Shown piece by piece: positions 1 to 12,759 of a stretch of 64,000 nucleotides of DNA. Source of the stretch: Microthyrium microscopicum (Eukaryota). Positions within the stretch are counted from its first letter, which is position 1. The number at the start of each line of letters is the position of its first letter. A program made the translations under genes and the position numbers. Under the pieces are notes generated by a model, which was not told where the DNA came from, did no database searches, and worked only from the letters and a program-made list of their open reading frames with translations. The DNA lies in NCBI GenBank assembly GCA_010405405.1, contig MU004232.1, positions 1,569,481 through 1,633,480 on the forward strand, read 5' to 3'.

Positions 1-16
1 CACACTTTTCCTCAAC

Positions 17-604
17 ATGGACCGAACAACCACCGTCCTTTCCATCTCAGCAGGTGCTGCTATCACCGGACTCCTCGCATACGCCGTCTATTTCGATCAT
101 CGCCGGAGAACCGATGCTGAGTTCCGCAAATCATTAAAGCGAGAGTCCAAACGACAGGAGAAAGCACACAAGGCCGAACAAGAAGCTTCTGCTCAATCCA
201 AGCGACGAGAAATCATGGCTCTAGTACGCGACATGAACGCCGAAGGTTTCCCTACCGATGCCGATACAAGAGAACGCCTCTTCCTTGAATCAATGACACT
301 GGGCGAACAATACGCAGCGAGTATGTCATCTTTACACCAGAAGCTCCAGCTCCTGATACTAACAATGCTTCAGCTGGTCAAAATATGGACGCCGCCGCAA
401 ATCTATTCAAATGTCTAAAGATGTATCCAGCCAAGGCCGAGCTGATAAAATTGTTCGACACTACGGTTCCAAAGGTATGCCACTGCAAATAATCTGCGAT
501 TATACATACTAATCAAGTTGTAGGACGTCTTAGATATCCTCGCCGTAATGATCGCGACGGATCCAGATCTATCTGCTGAAGACGCTCTCGATGACATCTC
601 ATAA
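17..604 (+). CDS. TOM20: Mitochondrial import receptor subunit Tom20 (3 exons; introns 321-373, 475-523)
   Basis: N-terminal TM segment followed by the LAYAVYFDHRRRTDAEFRKSLK MAS20 signature; GT..CTAAC/CTAAT..AG introns rejoin to ...KCLKMYPAKAELIKLFDTTVPK/DVLDILAVMI..., ending TAA at 602-604. Confidence 0.93.
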
Positions 605-1302
605 GCGAGCTCTGCCAATTCACCATGGCACCTCGCGTACAGACCTCTCCCAACGACCCGTAACTCGACTCTTCTCATGCATCACTCCTCCATCCTTCAA
701 GAGCCATAATTTCTTCTTCAGTCCGCCATGTATAAAGTTGAATGTGTATTATTAGTGGCGGAGCAGCTTTGCGAACTTGGGCCAAGGGCTCTATGATGAC
801 GAACAGCATCGATGAATAAGTTTGGCGATTCTGCATATTTGGAACGGCTAGCAAAGGGACGTGTTAGGCGTTGTGTTTTTAGACGGAAATCCCAGCTTCA
901 TCATCATTTTTCCCGATCTATGCTCTTTCCCAACGAGGCCAACAACAATGCTAACGGTACAGGTATAGTCTACGGCCACCACATGTAAAGCAACATGTTC
1001 ATAGCACCAAAGGCCAAGCGCAAGCAATCTACGCATCTCGATGAGTAGTCGTTCACCTTACAAGATGTACAAGGAGCCGCTTGGTAGATTGCTAGATTGG
1101 AGAACTGGATAACCGATTACTTCCAACTAACAAGCTGTAAACGCGATTTATGCTGCCATCTTGGCTGTTGATGTGGATTTTATGGAGAAAAGAGCAATCA
1201 TATTATTTACTAGTAATACGACAATCGTGTTCACACTTCCGATCATCGCTCAATCAACCACCACACTATCGTACGCCATCAAGTACCTGTACCACACGCC
1301 AT

Positions 1303-2861
1303 CTACGGATGCCATCTAAATCCAGGATGACGGTAATCCAAATCATCAATCTCCTTCTGACTCAGCCCACTCAACGTTCCCTCCGTATCCACGGATTCCC
1401 GCTTTCGATTATTGGCCGTCATCCACAACAGCAACAAAATACTGACGACAAAGATTGTACTCGATGTCGCCAAATTGAGTCCATTTCCAATCTTGTAGTC
1501 GGGCTTATCGAAGGGCAAGAAACTCCACGTTGCAATCAGGCCACCGATATTGCCAAACATGACATTCGTCCCAATCGCACTGCCCCGCGAAGTGTCTGAT
1601 ACAACATTCGCTGATACATGAGCATTACACAGTGCACCAAGACTGAATGCACTGGCAGCAATCAAGAACGTCGCGCCATATCGAGTGTTTGGATTCTTGG
1701 AGGCTAAGAACATGATATACCCGATCATAGTCAATGGTGCGCTAGCGATGAACCAGATTACTCGTTTATTCATGCGCCATGACATGAATGGAATGGCGAC
1801 TGTGAAAAAGGCTCCAATGATATATGGTGGTACGGTCTTGAGCTGCTGGAATACGGTGCTGTGTTGAGGCGCTGGATATATGGTTGCCACAATCGTTGGC
1901 GCAAAGAAAGCCAAGCCTTGGACAGTAACGTTATTGAGCAGAAAGATGAAGCTCGTTACTAGTGTGTTCGGGTTGAGTATGCCACGCATGATTTTCTTCA
2001 TGTCCATTTTGTCGAGGAGTTCTGTTTGGCCTACGCGCTCGCTCTTTACGCGAGCGATGGCTAGTGCCTTCTCCTTCTCGTTCAGCCAGCGGGCGGTCTC
2101 CGGGCGGTCGGTGAGTGTTAGGAACGCGATCAGGCCGAGCAGGATCGTTATGATGCCTTCGATGGCGAAGATCATGCGCCATTTGTGGAGGCCGCCGAAG
2201 TGGTCCAGCTTCAATATGGCACTGGCCAGTAAACCTCCAAAGGCTCCCGCGAGTGGCGCCATGACGATGTATAGACTGAGGCGAAATGCTAGTTCGCTTT
2301 TGCGGTACCAGCGACTGAGGTAGTACGCGATGCCTGGCATCATGCCCGCTTCGAAGATGCCGAGGACAAATCGCACGCCACAGATGCTGTGTATCGAATT
2401 ACAGAACGCCGTCCCCAACGAACTCACGCCAAACAGGAGTGTCGTGAGTGGAAGGAACCAGCCTGGGCCCATTGCTTTACAGGCCATGGTGGAGGGAATC
2501 TCGAAGAGAATGTAACTGATGTAGAAGACGCTGAGAACTTGATTATAGTCGTAGCCTTTTAGGTTAAGATCCTTTTCCAGGCCAGCTAGCCGGGCATTGC
2601 CAATATTCGCTCGGTCGATGAAGCAGAACAGGTATATTAGCGACACTGTCGGCACGATGAACAAGTCGATTTTGAGCCGCAGTTTTGATTCGGCAGCGGC
2701 GTCGAATTGGTAGACTTCACTGCCATTGCTAGAGGAGTTAGTTGGTACGTAATTCAATGCGGTTGGGCTGGTCATTACCTATCAGTTGCTATGTCGTTGT
2801 AGGCGACTCCGTCGAGTTCGGCCTTCTCCAAGACACCATCATGATTCTTTTCGTCCCGCAT
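1303..2861 (-). CDS. MFS transporter, allantoate permease/ACS family (intron 2729-2778)
   Basis: Motifs LKIDLFIVP, FIDRANIGNARLAGLEKDL, EAGMMPG and YLSRWYRKSELAFR; multiple TM segments; upstream exon MRDEKNHDG... splices in frame. Confidence 0.92.
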
Positions 2862-4360
2862 GGTGAGCGATATGATAGAGCTGAGGTCGACAAATCGATA
2901 CTTCCTAATTGTATAGTAGTAGTATTGCACCCCAGCGTCGCAATATAACAGCTATTCGCGGCTCAAAAAACCTCTTCTGTGCTTATGACGCTGACAGGAC
3001 ACAGTTCAATATGCTGTCATTGCCGACAAATATATTAATTAACTGTCTCCTTTCGTCCACCACCACAAGTCGCACGCCCCCAGGCACAGTACAAGAGCTG
3101 CAAGATTTCGTGTAATATCTCGGAAGCCATCCGAGCCCAGCGAATATGATGAGCCCTGAGAATTTCACGAGCTTAGTTCCAATCACCGTACCGTCCGACG
3201 GCTCCTTTCTCGGCGTTGTCCAATCATTCCATGGGACTTGGTGATTCCTGGTCGCCATGTGGATGTCAACCAAGGTCAAGTTGCGGGGTTCGCCTTAAGC
3301 CAAGACACGATAGCTTCACGCGTGCCAGACATTGTGTTGCATCAGGGGCTTGCGGAAGCATGCCGAGAGATGCAGTCGTGCGGGGAGAACTTTTGATGCG
3401 TGTCACTGCCTCAGACATGCGCGAGCGTCCGCTGCTCTCAAGTGCTAGTGACGAGTTGGGATATGGCACCGAAAGCGGTAGGAGTCCAGACTTTGCATCT
3501 CGTGGATTTTTGACCACAAAGGGAAACCAAGCAAGGTGGTAGAGAGAGAGTTGGGACCAGATTTGCCTGCCAAATTGAATAGGCGTTGAAGGTTACTTTG
3601 AGTCAGTCGCGATCTGATGGTGCAACCACAAATTCGATAGAAGTACCGGTATCTCAAACTGTATGTCGTGTCCTTCGTTTCTTCGCCTTTGTGGTAACAG
3701 ATTGCAAAACGCCAGTTGTGTACTCCATGTTAAAACGTGAAATGCACACCAATTTCAAACTTGAATAAAAATTGATACCTCGTTCCCATTACCTATCATT
3801 TCGGTAGTAGTTTACCCCAGATATCATCTCGGGACGAAATCAGATATGTCCCACGAACCATGTGGGGAAAGTGGAGATCAATTCCACGATGTTCTCGATA
3901 TATTTGCTTTTTTAGTTCAGATAAACTCGAGTCTTCAGCTCCGAATGTTATCATTCCATGCTTACGATAGGTGGATTTCAAAGTAGTTCTTGAAATCTTA
4001 GAGGTCACATTTATGGAGCATCTAATGAGGTCAAAAAGCCACAATCTTCTAAATTCTCCTAGATTTCTTGACTCTATATAGTATGAATTGTACGATTAAA
4101 AACACAAGTTCTTATAACAATTTGAAGTCGCAGAATCACAACTGAATGCGGAGCTCAGCGATAAGCTTATCTAATGTGGCGCAACTTGCATTGAATTCAA
4201 AAGGTATCAGATCATGATAACAATTCATAAGTACCTGCTACCACTACCAGTATATCAAGCTTTCGAGAAGCGAGAATCGAGATGTCAAAAACTCAAAACT
4301 CTAGCTGATTGAATACTTCTTAACATCACACTCACTGATCAAAGCCAAACGACTTCCACA

Positions 4361-4771
4361 ATGAAGATCCCGTCCCTTTTAACAACATCAATGTCCATGC
4401 TGCTGCTGGCCCTTCCTCATACTACCTCCAGCCTTATCAATACCGATTACGATATCAATGCCAACCAACACCCAATAATCCTCAACTCAATTGAACCCAC
4501 TGGCGCTCCAGCACCCCACTCAACACTGGGAACTTCAACATCGTCTTCAGCGACGTGCGATTTTGCTCCATATCCTACAGGCTGTGGAGTCGGAGATGTG
4601 ATGCCATGCCCGTTCAACTGCACGATGTTCTACCTGTGCACGTCTTGGGGCCCGTTAATGCAGTCTTGTCCCAATGGAACTCTGTTTGATCTTGGGGAAT
4701 CGAAATGTGTGCTGAAGAATCAAACTGCTTGTACTGGGTGTTGTATGACGACGGACTGTGATGGGAAGTAG
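4361..4771 (+). CDS. Small secreted Cys-rich protein with a CBM14 (peritrophin-A) chitin-binding domain, Avr4-like
   Basis: Signal-peptide-like N-terminus, Ser/Thr linker, then PFNCTMFYLC-x9-CPNGTLFD-x5-C-x7-C matching the CBM14 pattern; 11 Cys. Confidence 0.8.
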   Translation: MKIPSLLTTSMSMLLLALPHTTSSLINTDYDINANQHPIILNSIEPTGAPAPHSTLGTSTSSSATCDFAPYPTGCGVGDVMPCPFNCTMFYLCTSWGPLMQSCPNGTLFDLGESKCVLKNQTACTGCCMTTDCDGK

Positions 4772-5089
4772 GGGGTCGAATTCTTCTGGGAATGAGAGAG
4801 AAGAGGAGGAGTTGAGTTTAGATTTGGATTAGCAGAGCATCCAGGGCCATTGACGAAGTATGGCACTTCCGTATACTCTGGGAGAAGGCGACGATCTGAG
4901 AGCTGAGCCTCGAATGTGCAATGGTTGTAAATACCTGGTTGGTAATTTTGTGATTGTATCAGGATTGACTTACGATCGTCTATTGCTGTCTCATGTCTAG
5001 GGAAAGACGAGGGCGATATCAACCCGTCCATATCGAACTTTTAATACTGGGGTATAATGATACACATGACGCGTAAATCGTGATACTCT

Positions 5090-6084
5090 TCAGTCCTCCT
5101 CGCTGAATTTCAACAAGGCGGTCTCCTTCAACGCCTCTTCTAAGACGCCTCTCGACGCCAGCGCTGCTGACACCGCTCCATCCATCAACTTCTCTGACGT
5201 CTCACTAGACGACCCTCCTCTTAGCCAGAGCAGCGTGACTTCGTCCTTGGAAGCTACATACGCAACTACGCAAGCAGCTACGATGTTCTCATGCTCAGTC
5301 GGATTGGGATCAAGCACCACCTCTCCACCCACTCCATCATCCCTTTTTCCGTCGTCATCTCCATTGCCTAGTGGTCTCGCTACTAAAGCTGCCACACCGC
5401 CGCTAACCAAGTCAATGCAATCAATCCCCGCATCAACCAACGCCGCGCTGGCAGCCGTCACACACCCCGCCAACACCCCAAACAATCCCCATCCACCCAC
5501 ACTTGCCGCTCCACCGAGCGGCTCTTCCGCCCACCACCGATCTTCTTCGCCTTCAAGAATAGTGACACAGACGTCCACGCCAGTCTTTGGATACCGCTCG
5601 CCAATAATGACGCCCCTCAGGGCGGTCTCAAGCTGCGTACTAAGATCCTTCTCCGTGGGATCTCGCAAGTAGCCTCGCCGATGCCGTGTAGCAAACGGCG
5701 TGAATTTGACATAACACGAGAGCGCGAGATGTGGTGAATAGGCCGCTGAGCGGGCGAGTGGACGGGGTCCGTGGACAGCGACAGAGAGTTTGAGGGCGGA
5801 CGAGGATGGGAGGAGGAAGGTGGGTGAGTGGTGCGGCGATTCGAGTTCGAGGTACGCGGATCCCGAAGCCGGCGGCGTTATACCGGTCTTCAAATCTATT
5901 TGCTATTAGTCTCGAGGGTCGACCGAAACATGAGGGAGTCGCGCATACAGATTTTGCGTAGTTCGTCTGGTTTGCGGGTGCGCGTGGGACGAGTGGGCTT
6001 GTTAGGCGCGGATTTGATCATGCAGGAGTAGAGGAGGGGCTTGGAACCGCCTGGTGGCCCATTGTTTCGGCGACGGTCTGCCAT
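5090..6084 (-). CDS. MTR3: Exosome complex component Mtr3-like, RNase PH family (intron 5896-5948)
   Basis: MADRRRNNGPPG start; RKPDELRKI/YLKTGITPPASGSAYLE, VHGPRPL, VKFTPFA, YPKTGVDV and AASAALVDAGIDC motifs. Confidence 0.88.
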
Positions 6085-6926
6085 ATGGGAGGGATGGATT
6101 ATAGCAGGGACGGTTGAAGAGACAAGTTGAATTGAAGCAAGGCTGGAGGTTGGAATATTATTTTGCACAAGTGACTATGATTGGCTGTGAATGAGACAGG
6201 GATGTGCCTGAGTCCATACACCCTTGTAAATCCAGCCTTGACGAGACTCTGAAAACTAAACAGCTCTCGATGAATTGGAATGTTGTCGCGTTAATTCAGG
6301 GCTTAGAAACTAATCAAAACCTCTGGCCGCAAGAACTTCTTCTCAGTCCCATGCTTTCATTGTTGGTGCTTCAAAGCGACAGTGGAAGGACGAAAGGAAG
6401 CGGGTCATTCAATTGGCCCAGAGCCATGGAATGTCAAACAGTGGGGTCAGATACGCGCTAAACCGTTCGCAGCCAGCACTACAGGGAATGTCCTTCAGTC
6501 AGCAGTAAAACTCACTTCAAGCGGTTAAAAACAGGACATCACTCTAGCGCTAAGCCTTTTGAAACATTTACAGAGCAATGAGTCATCAAGAACTCAGCCG
6601 CTGCCCATTTAAGGCGTCGAGCTTCCAGCTCATTCCTGAATTTGTCAACCAACTTCATCTCAAGCAAAATCTACGACCGTTCATCTCACCACCATTGATT
6701 CATCAAAGTTCCAACTGGTAGCAGTGTCGGGGCTATAGTGGAGTCGCTGGGCCTATTTATTAGCATAGTCATCAGCGCGCTGCAGTCATATGCTGGGCGC
6801 ATCAATAACACTTAAATTGACTTGAATGTGATCTTCCCAAACACTGATACCTCAAGAGCTGGGAAACATAGGAGGACGCTTACTGCACATACAATCCTCT
6901 CGCATTTGTGATTTCACGCATCCATC

Positions 6927-8552
6927 ATGGATTCATCCGAGATCGCGGAAGACTTTAGAGATGCTTTAGAAGATCTAAAGTCCAACTCCAAAGCTGAGAT
7001 TGACAATTTGACTGTCATCGCCAAAGAAAACACTGCCCATGCCCAAGCCCTCTGTAAAGTTCTTGAGCAACATATCAAAACGGTAATTCATCTTATCCCC
7101 CCACTAATGATCCATCAGCGACTAACATAACTTAGACTCGACCCGAATGGAAATTGCCTGCACTGCTCGTTCTGGATTCTCTAGTTCGGCATATAGGTCC
7201 GCCATACTCAACCTATCTGGGTCAAAATCTCTTCCAAACCTTCATGAATGCCTACACCCAAGTCACCAACGCCACTCGTAGAGACATGGAAGCCGTCTTT
7301 AGAACCTGGAAACAGCCACGCACTGGTTCACGAGATACGAGCCCAGTTCTAGCACATGAAATCACTTTCCGCATTGAAAACGCACTCGACAAGATCGGTG
7401 CTCTCAATCAGCAACCACGCACCGCAACTCCACCAATGCCACTGCCACTACCACTACCACCCCAAAATTCCGTATCAGCAGCTTACTTGTTAAAGGAGTT
7501 GCAAAGTCATACTCCTCAAACCTTTACACCCCCTCCTCCTCGCATCTTTACTCCTCCTCCTCTTCCTCAAATCTTCACTCCCCCTCCTCAACCTGCTCCC
7601 ACTATTCCCACGTTCCCTTCACAGCCAATGGCCGCGCCAATAGTACCACCCTCGGCACTACTGGCCGCATTACGACAAGCTGGGTTATCATCTTTACCAG
7701 TTTCAGCAGTTCCTGCAACTCCTGCACCACCTGCACTAGCACCAGCGCTTCTCCCAACAGGGCCATCTGGAATTTCGTTGACCAACGAGTCAATCCGAGT
7801 GTAAGCATGCTCCCATGTGCTCCGTTGACTTTCATCGAATACGATGGCTACCATCAATTTTCATAATTAGAAGATACTGTACTTCCCAGCGCGTTCGATA
7901 TATTGTTCACGTCTTAACGCACTCGATGGGAAAGAAAGTACCTTTCAATTATAAGAGACGACGGTAGCCATCGCACTCGATGGGAGTTGTAGCCATCTTT
8001 TTGATCTGATGCTAACATCATCTTAGTAGACGTCCGCACCTGATCGCCCAGTTATATCAGCACAATCCAAACCAGTGCAAGCAATGCGGACGGCGTTTTC
8101 CATCTACCACCGCTGGTTCCGATGCCAAACTCAAGCATCTAGACTGGCATTTCTCCGTGAAAACACGCATTTCTGATAACACAACCGTCAACCATCGCTC
8201 CGCGTACCTTGATGAGATTGAATGGACTCAGCTTCGCGAATCATCCGACGATGCCGAACGTCCTCTAAACACAGCCGAAGAAACGCAAAAAGAAGATGTA
8301 TGGGTGCCAATGCCATCTAACTCCGCGCTTCACAATGTCCCATGCTCAATTTGCATGGAGAAATTCGTGACGGTATGGCACGCTACGGCCCAGCAGCCAG
8401 TCTGGATGGATGCGGTGCTGGTGGGCGGGAAGTACTACCATGCAAGCTGCTATGAAGAGGTGCATGGTGGATCGGGCAGTGGTGGACGAGGCTTGCCAGT
8501 GCGAAATGGGGGACGGTCGGGGGAGCCTGCCTTCAAGAAAAGAAAATTTTGA
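6927..8552 (+). CDS. PCF11: mRNA 3'-end cleavage/termination factor Pcf11 (introns ~7083-7135 and 7801-8026/8029)
   Basis: CID domain (FRDALEDLKSNSKAEIDNLTVIAKEN, LVLDSLVR), Pro-rich middle, zinc finger QCKQCGRRF...HLDWHF, and a second CSICMEKF...WMDA...YHASC finger. Confidence 0.92.
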
Positions 8553-9552
8553 GGCTTGAGGTTTTGAAGATGTGGAAGAAAGGAGTATTGTCACCAGTTA
8601 CTGCATTGCATACTATGTTGGACGCGGACTGTATGCCATGTCATCGATGCATGGGAGGGTGTTTTGCAGCGAATCATAGCATGGTGCTCTTTGGCTGGGT
8701 TGGAAGACATTAAGCTACTAATGTCGCAATAGTAAAACAAGAATGAAGCATCAATATAAGCAAACACGTGTCTCTTCTTTCAATTACAAAATAAATGTGA
8801 GTTTCGAATGTAGATAGGACTGTCTATAGTAATTTTGCCTTCTTAGTTCATCAGCACCATCATTTTCTCGAGCTCCCATCCTAAAGCCGCTGAATCCAAC
8901 GACCCTGTTTGCCCTCGACTGCCGAGATGAAGTTGCGAGGTACCAAAAGGTTACCAAATACAATGGATGTTAGAGAGTTTCTCTTCGCAATAAACGGCGG
9001 TAGGCTGGTAGAGATCGAACTCGATAGTATCGTGCCATTCGTTATGTCTCACTCGTTGAAAGGCTCATGAATTACTACATAGAGATGCCTTCAGGTACGA
9101 AAATTAGCTCATGCATTACCCTCATAAATGATAGCGTGCTGTGGAGCTCAAAAATAATTGAAATGAAGTTGTTGAAGTCTCACGCGGAACTACTCGGCAT
9201 GCCGAGAGTAAAGGTGTCGAAGCCGTGCTTTTCCGACGGGAAGTGCCAACTTTCTGTACTTCGCATTGTATCAAGTTCCTCCATCTGTCCATCCATCAAT
9301 CAAGCCATCCTAGCTCGGTTGCGGTTGTCTGTTCTGCCAACCCTCGGATTCCACTCTAAACATTCTCTCCGCGAGTCCGCAACACCTTTTCCTCCATAAC
9401 TCCTCAATCCTCCGCAACGCTCTCCTCTCTTCTGCTGCTACCCGCACGCCTTTGTCTGCCTCATTTGCTAGCCAATTGACCTCTTTCCCGCCCTCTCGGT
9501 ACCTATATCCTCCCGCTTGAGGTCTGTCAACTTGTTCTACACACACAACATC

Positions 9553-10543
<991 letters not shown>

Positions 10544-12759
10544 TTCGAGCTCAAGCACTCCGTACATGCCGCAGTCACAGCATTTTCGATGACGGTATTC
10601 ATCTGTGCCACGTCAACTGCATGCTCGAGCCTCTAACAACGAAAACATGAAGCGAGAAGGGACGTGTAATTAGGTCAACTTCTGTCTCCAGGCTGGGGAC
10701 AGTGGAAGCATGGAAAGATAAAAACGGTTTTATGCGGGCTCTGGAGGGACTCTTTTTGCCCGGCACCCCTGTACGATTATTGCTGTTTTTACGCGATACT
10801 GGAAGGGATTTTTACCAAGTGGAAATGTGCAGATACCTCAAGTGGCTGCTTGGATAAAGCGGGCTTGAGGGGTCACACTGGGCTTGGTGATGGATTAGAG
10901 GGGTTCGAGATACATAGTGTAGGAATTGTATATTTGTCGTAATTCAGAGCTGTTTCTGCTCATCATGGTATGTTGTGTGATTTGTGATACCGATTGCATC
11001 GTAAGAGCTGGGGACTTCAGACTTTTGATGGGAGTTGAAACTGTATCATGTCAAAAACATCACGGTCAACGATGTATTTGCTATCTGCGCCATAGACTTT
11101 GTCGCCTTTGTTCGGCCTATCTGCTAGACTACGACGGGACGCATAATGCTACTTGACTGAAATGGCATTAAGCAGACCACGTTTTCGAGATGTTCCATCA
11201 TCTAGCAGATCCAAGCTCACGCCAGAATCTGTTACTTCCTCATTTTTATGGAAATGTTCACGCAATTTCAAGTCTGCACTAAATCTTTACTATAACAGAA
11301 CTCTACGAGGGATATCAAATGAATCACGCCAGCCATACCGCCATCGGTTGTACATGAACCATATCATACATTCAGCTCTCGCAGAAAGCCATAGGGTCTT
11401 TCAAACTTCTGATCTCACTTTGAAGCAGAACAGACCGTTCTCTCCATCCTCTCATTGGCAATACGAAGCCCAAAATCACTGGTGCTACCGCAGTGACTCA
11501 AGCCAAGCACCAAATCGCTAGTCTCAAGAGACAATTCTTCACACCCGCGATTACTTTCATGGCGCAATCTATTCAAACTCCCTCTTTCCTCCGGCCTCAT
11601 CCCTAATTGGTCTATTTACTGTCCACTGCTTGCTTGCCGCCGGCCTTTCAATCTTCCTTGACGGCGTGCTTCCCGACGTTGACCGATGCTGACCGCTGCC
11701 GACCGTTGCTCATCTTCCTAAGTCACTTCTTGAGGCCGGTTTGGACATCCCTTGATGGCGTGCTGCCTACTGTAGAGTGATATTAAAGGCCTATTTGGAA
11801 CATGGCGCGTTTGCACGGCGATATGGCCAAGGCTGGCTGGTCACTTGGACCGTAGCAAGCCGATGGCTAAGACAGACCTTCCTTGATGATGTACTGGCTT
11901 TGGTGGTCAATGAGTGTTTTTGGCTCCTTCGTGTGGCCCGATTCAGGCGTTGGCCGTTTGTACAGTGACAAATGGCTGCGGAGAACTGTTTTTTGGGACT
12001 GAGTGAAAATATAGTTCTCCCTTAGTGGCGTGCTTCTGCTGACATCTCATCCTGAAGCCGGTATGATGAGAGAACTGGGAGATGGTGGTCAGACCATTTG
12101 GTGTTCTCCAGATGGCCTTGCTTACGAAGAGCTTGACTGGGACTGATGATGTACCATCCAATGGTCGGAGTTTACTTCTGGTAGGGTACCTAGCTACGGA
12201 AGACCAATTTTCGGTCCCAAAAGTTGGCTATTATATACATACATTTCTATATGAGTACCACGGATACTTCCTATTTCGTTAACCCTCCATAACAGATTTT
12301 TCACGATAGTCTCTACAAATCCCTCAAATCACAATTCTCTTCCCTAGACGAACCATCACATGGCCCAACCTCCCAGCGTAACACTAAACTGCCAATTTTC
12401 TCGTTTGTACTGGCCTCAACCGCACTACAGCCTGCTTTTCAAACTCTTGGGCTGAGTAGTCACTGTCTAACTCTCCCTTGGTACGTGACGTGCTCGGAAA
12501 TCCGCGGTTCGGGGCCGCACTTGGTTCAGCAGAGCAGAATCTGGTGGGTATAAAGACCATTGAAGTCTCGCAGTTTGTGAATCTTTCTCTATCACTCTTC
12601 CATCATCCCAAAAGTTCTTTGCTTTGATTGTTTCTTTGAGTTTGGGGATTTCCCATGTTGACTGGAGAGTGGCCAGGAGTGGTGGTGTGTGGGTGGCTGG
12701 TCCATCCCAACTTCATATTATCCTCCCTAGGTGTTGGTTGTGATGCTGCCTCTACTATC

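Noticed and set aside
1150..2515. Plus-strand ORFs opposite the MFS gene (similar shadows occur at 22423-22911, 37263-37691 and 40036-40581)
   Set aside because: These are antisense shadows of well-supported genes.
7500..7620. Repeated FTPPP peptide in PCF11
   Set aside because: This is an ordinary Pro-rich low-complexity linker.
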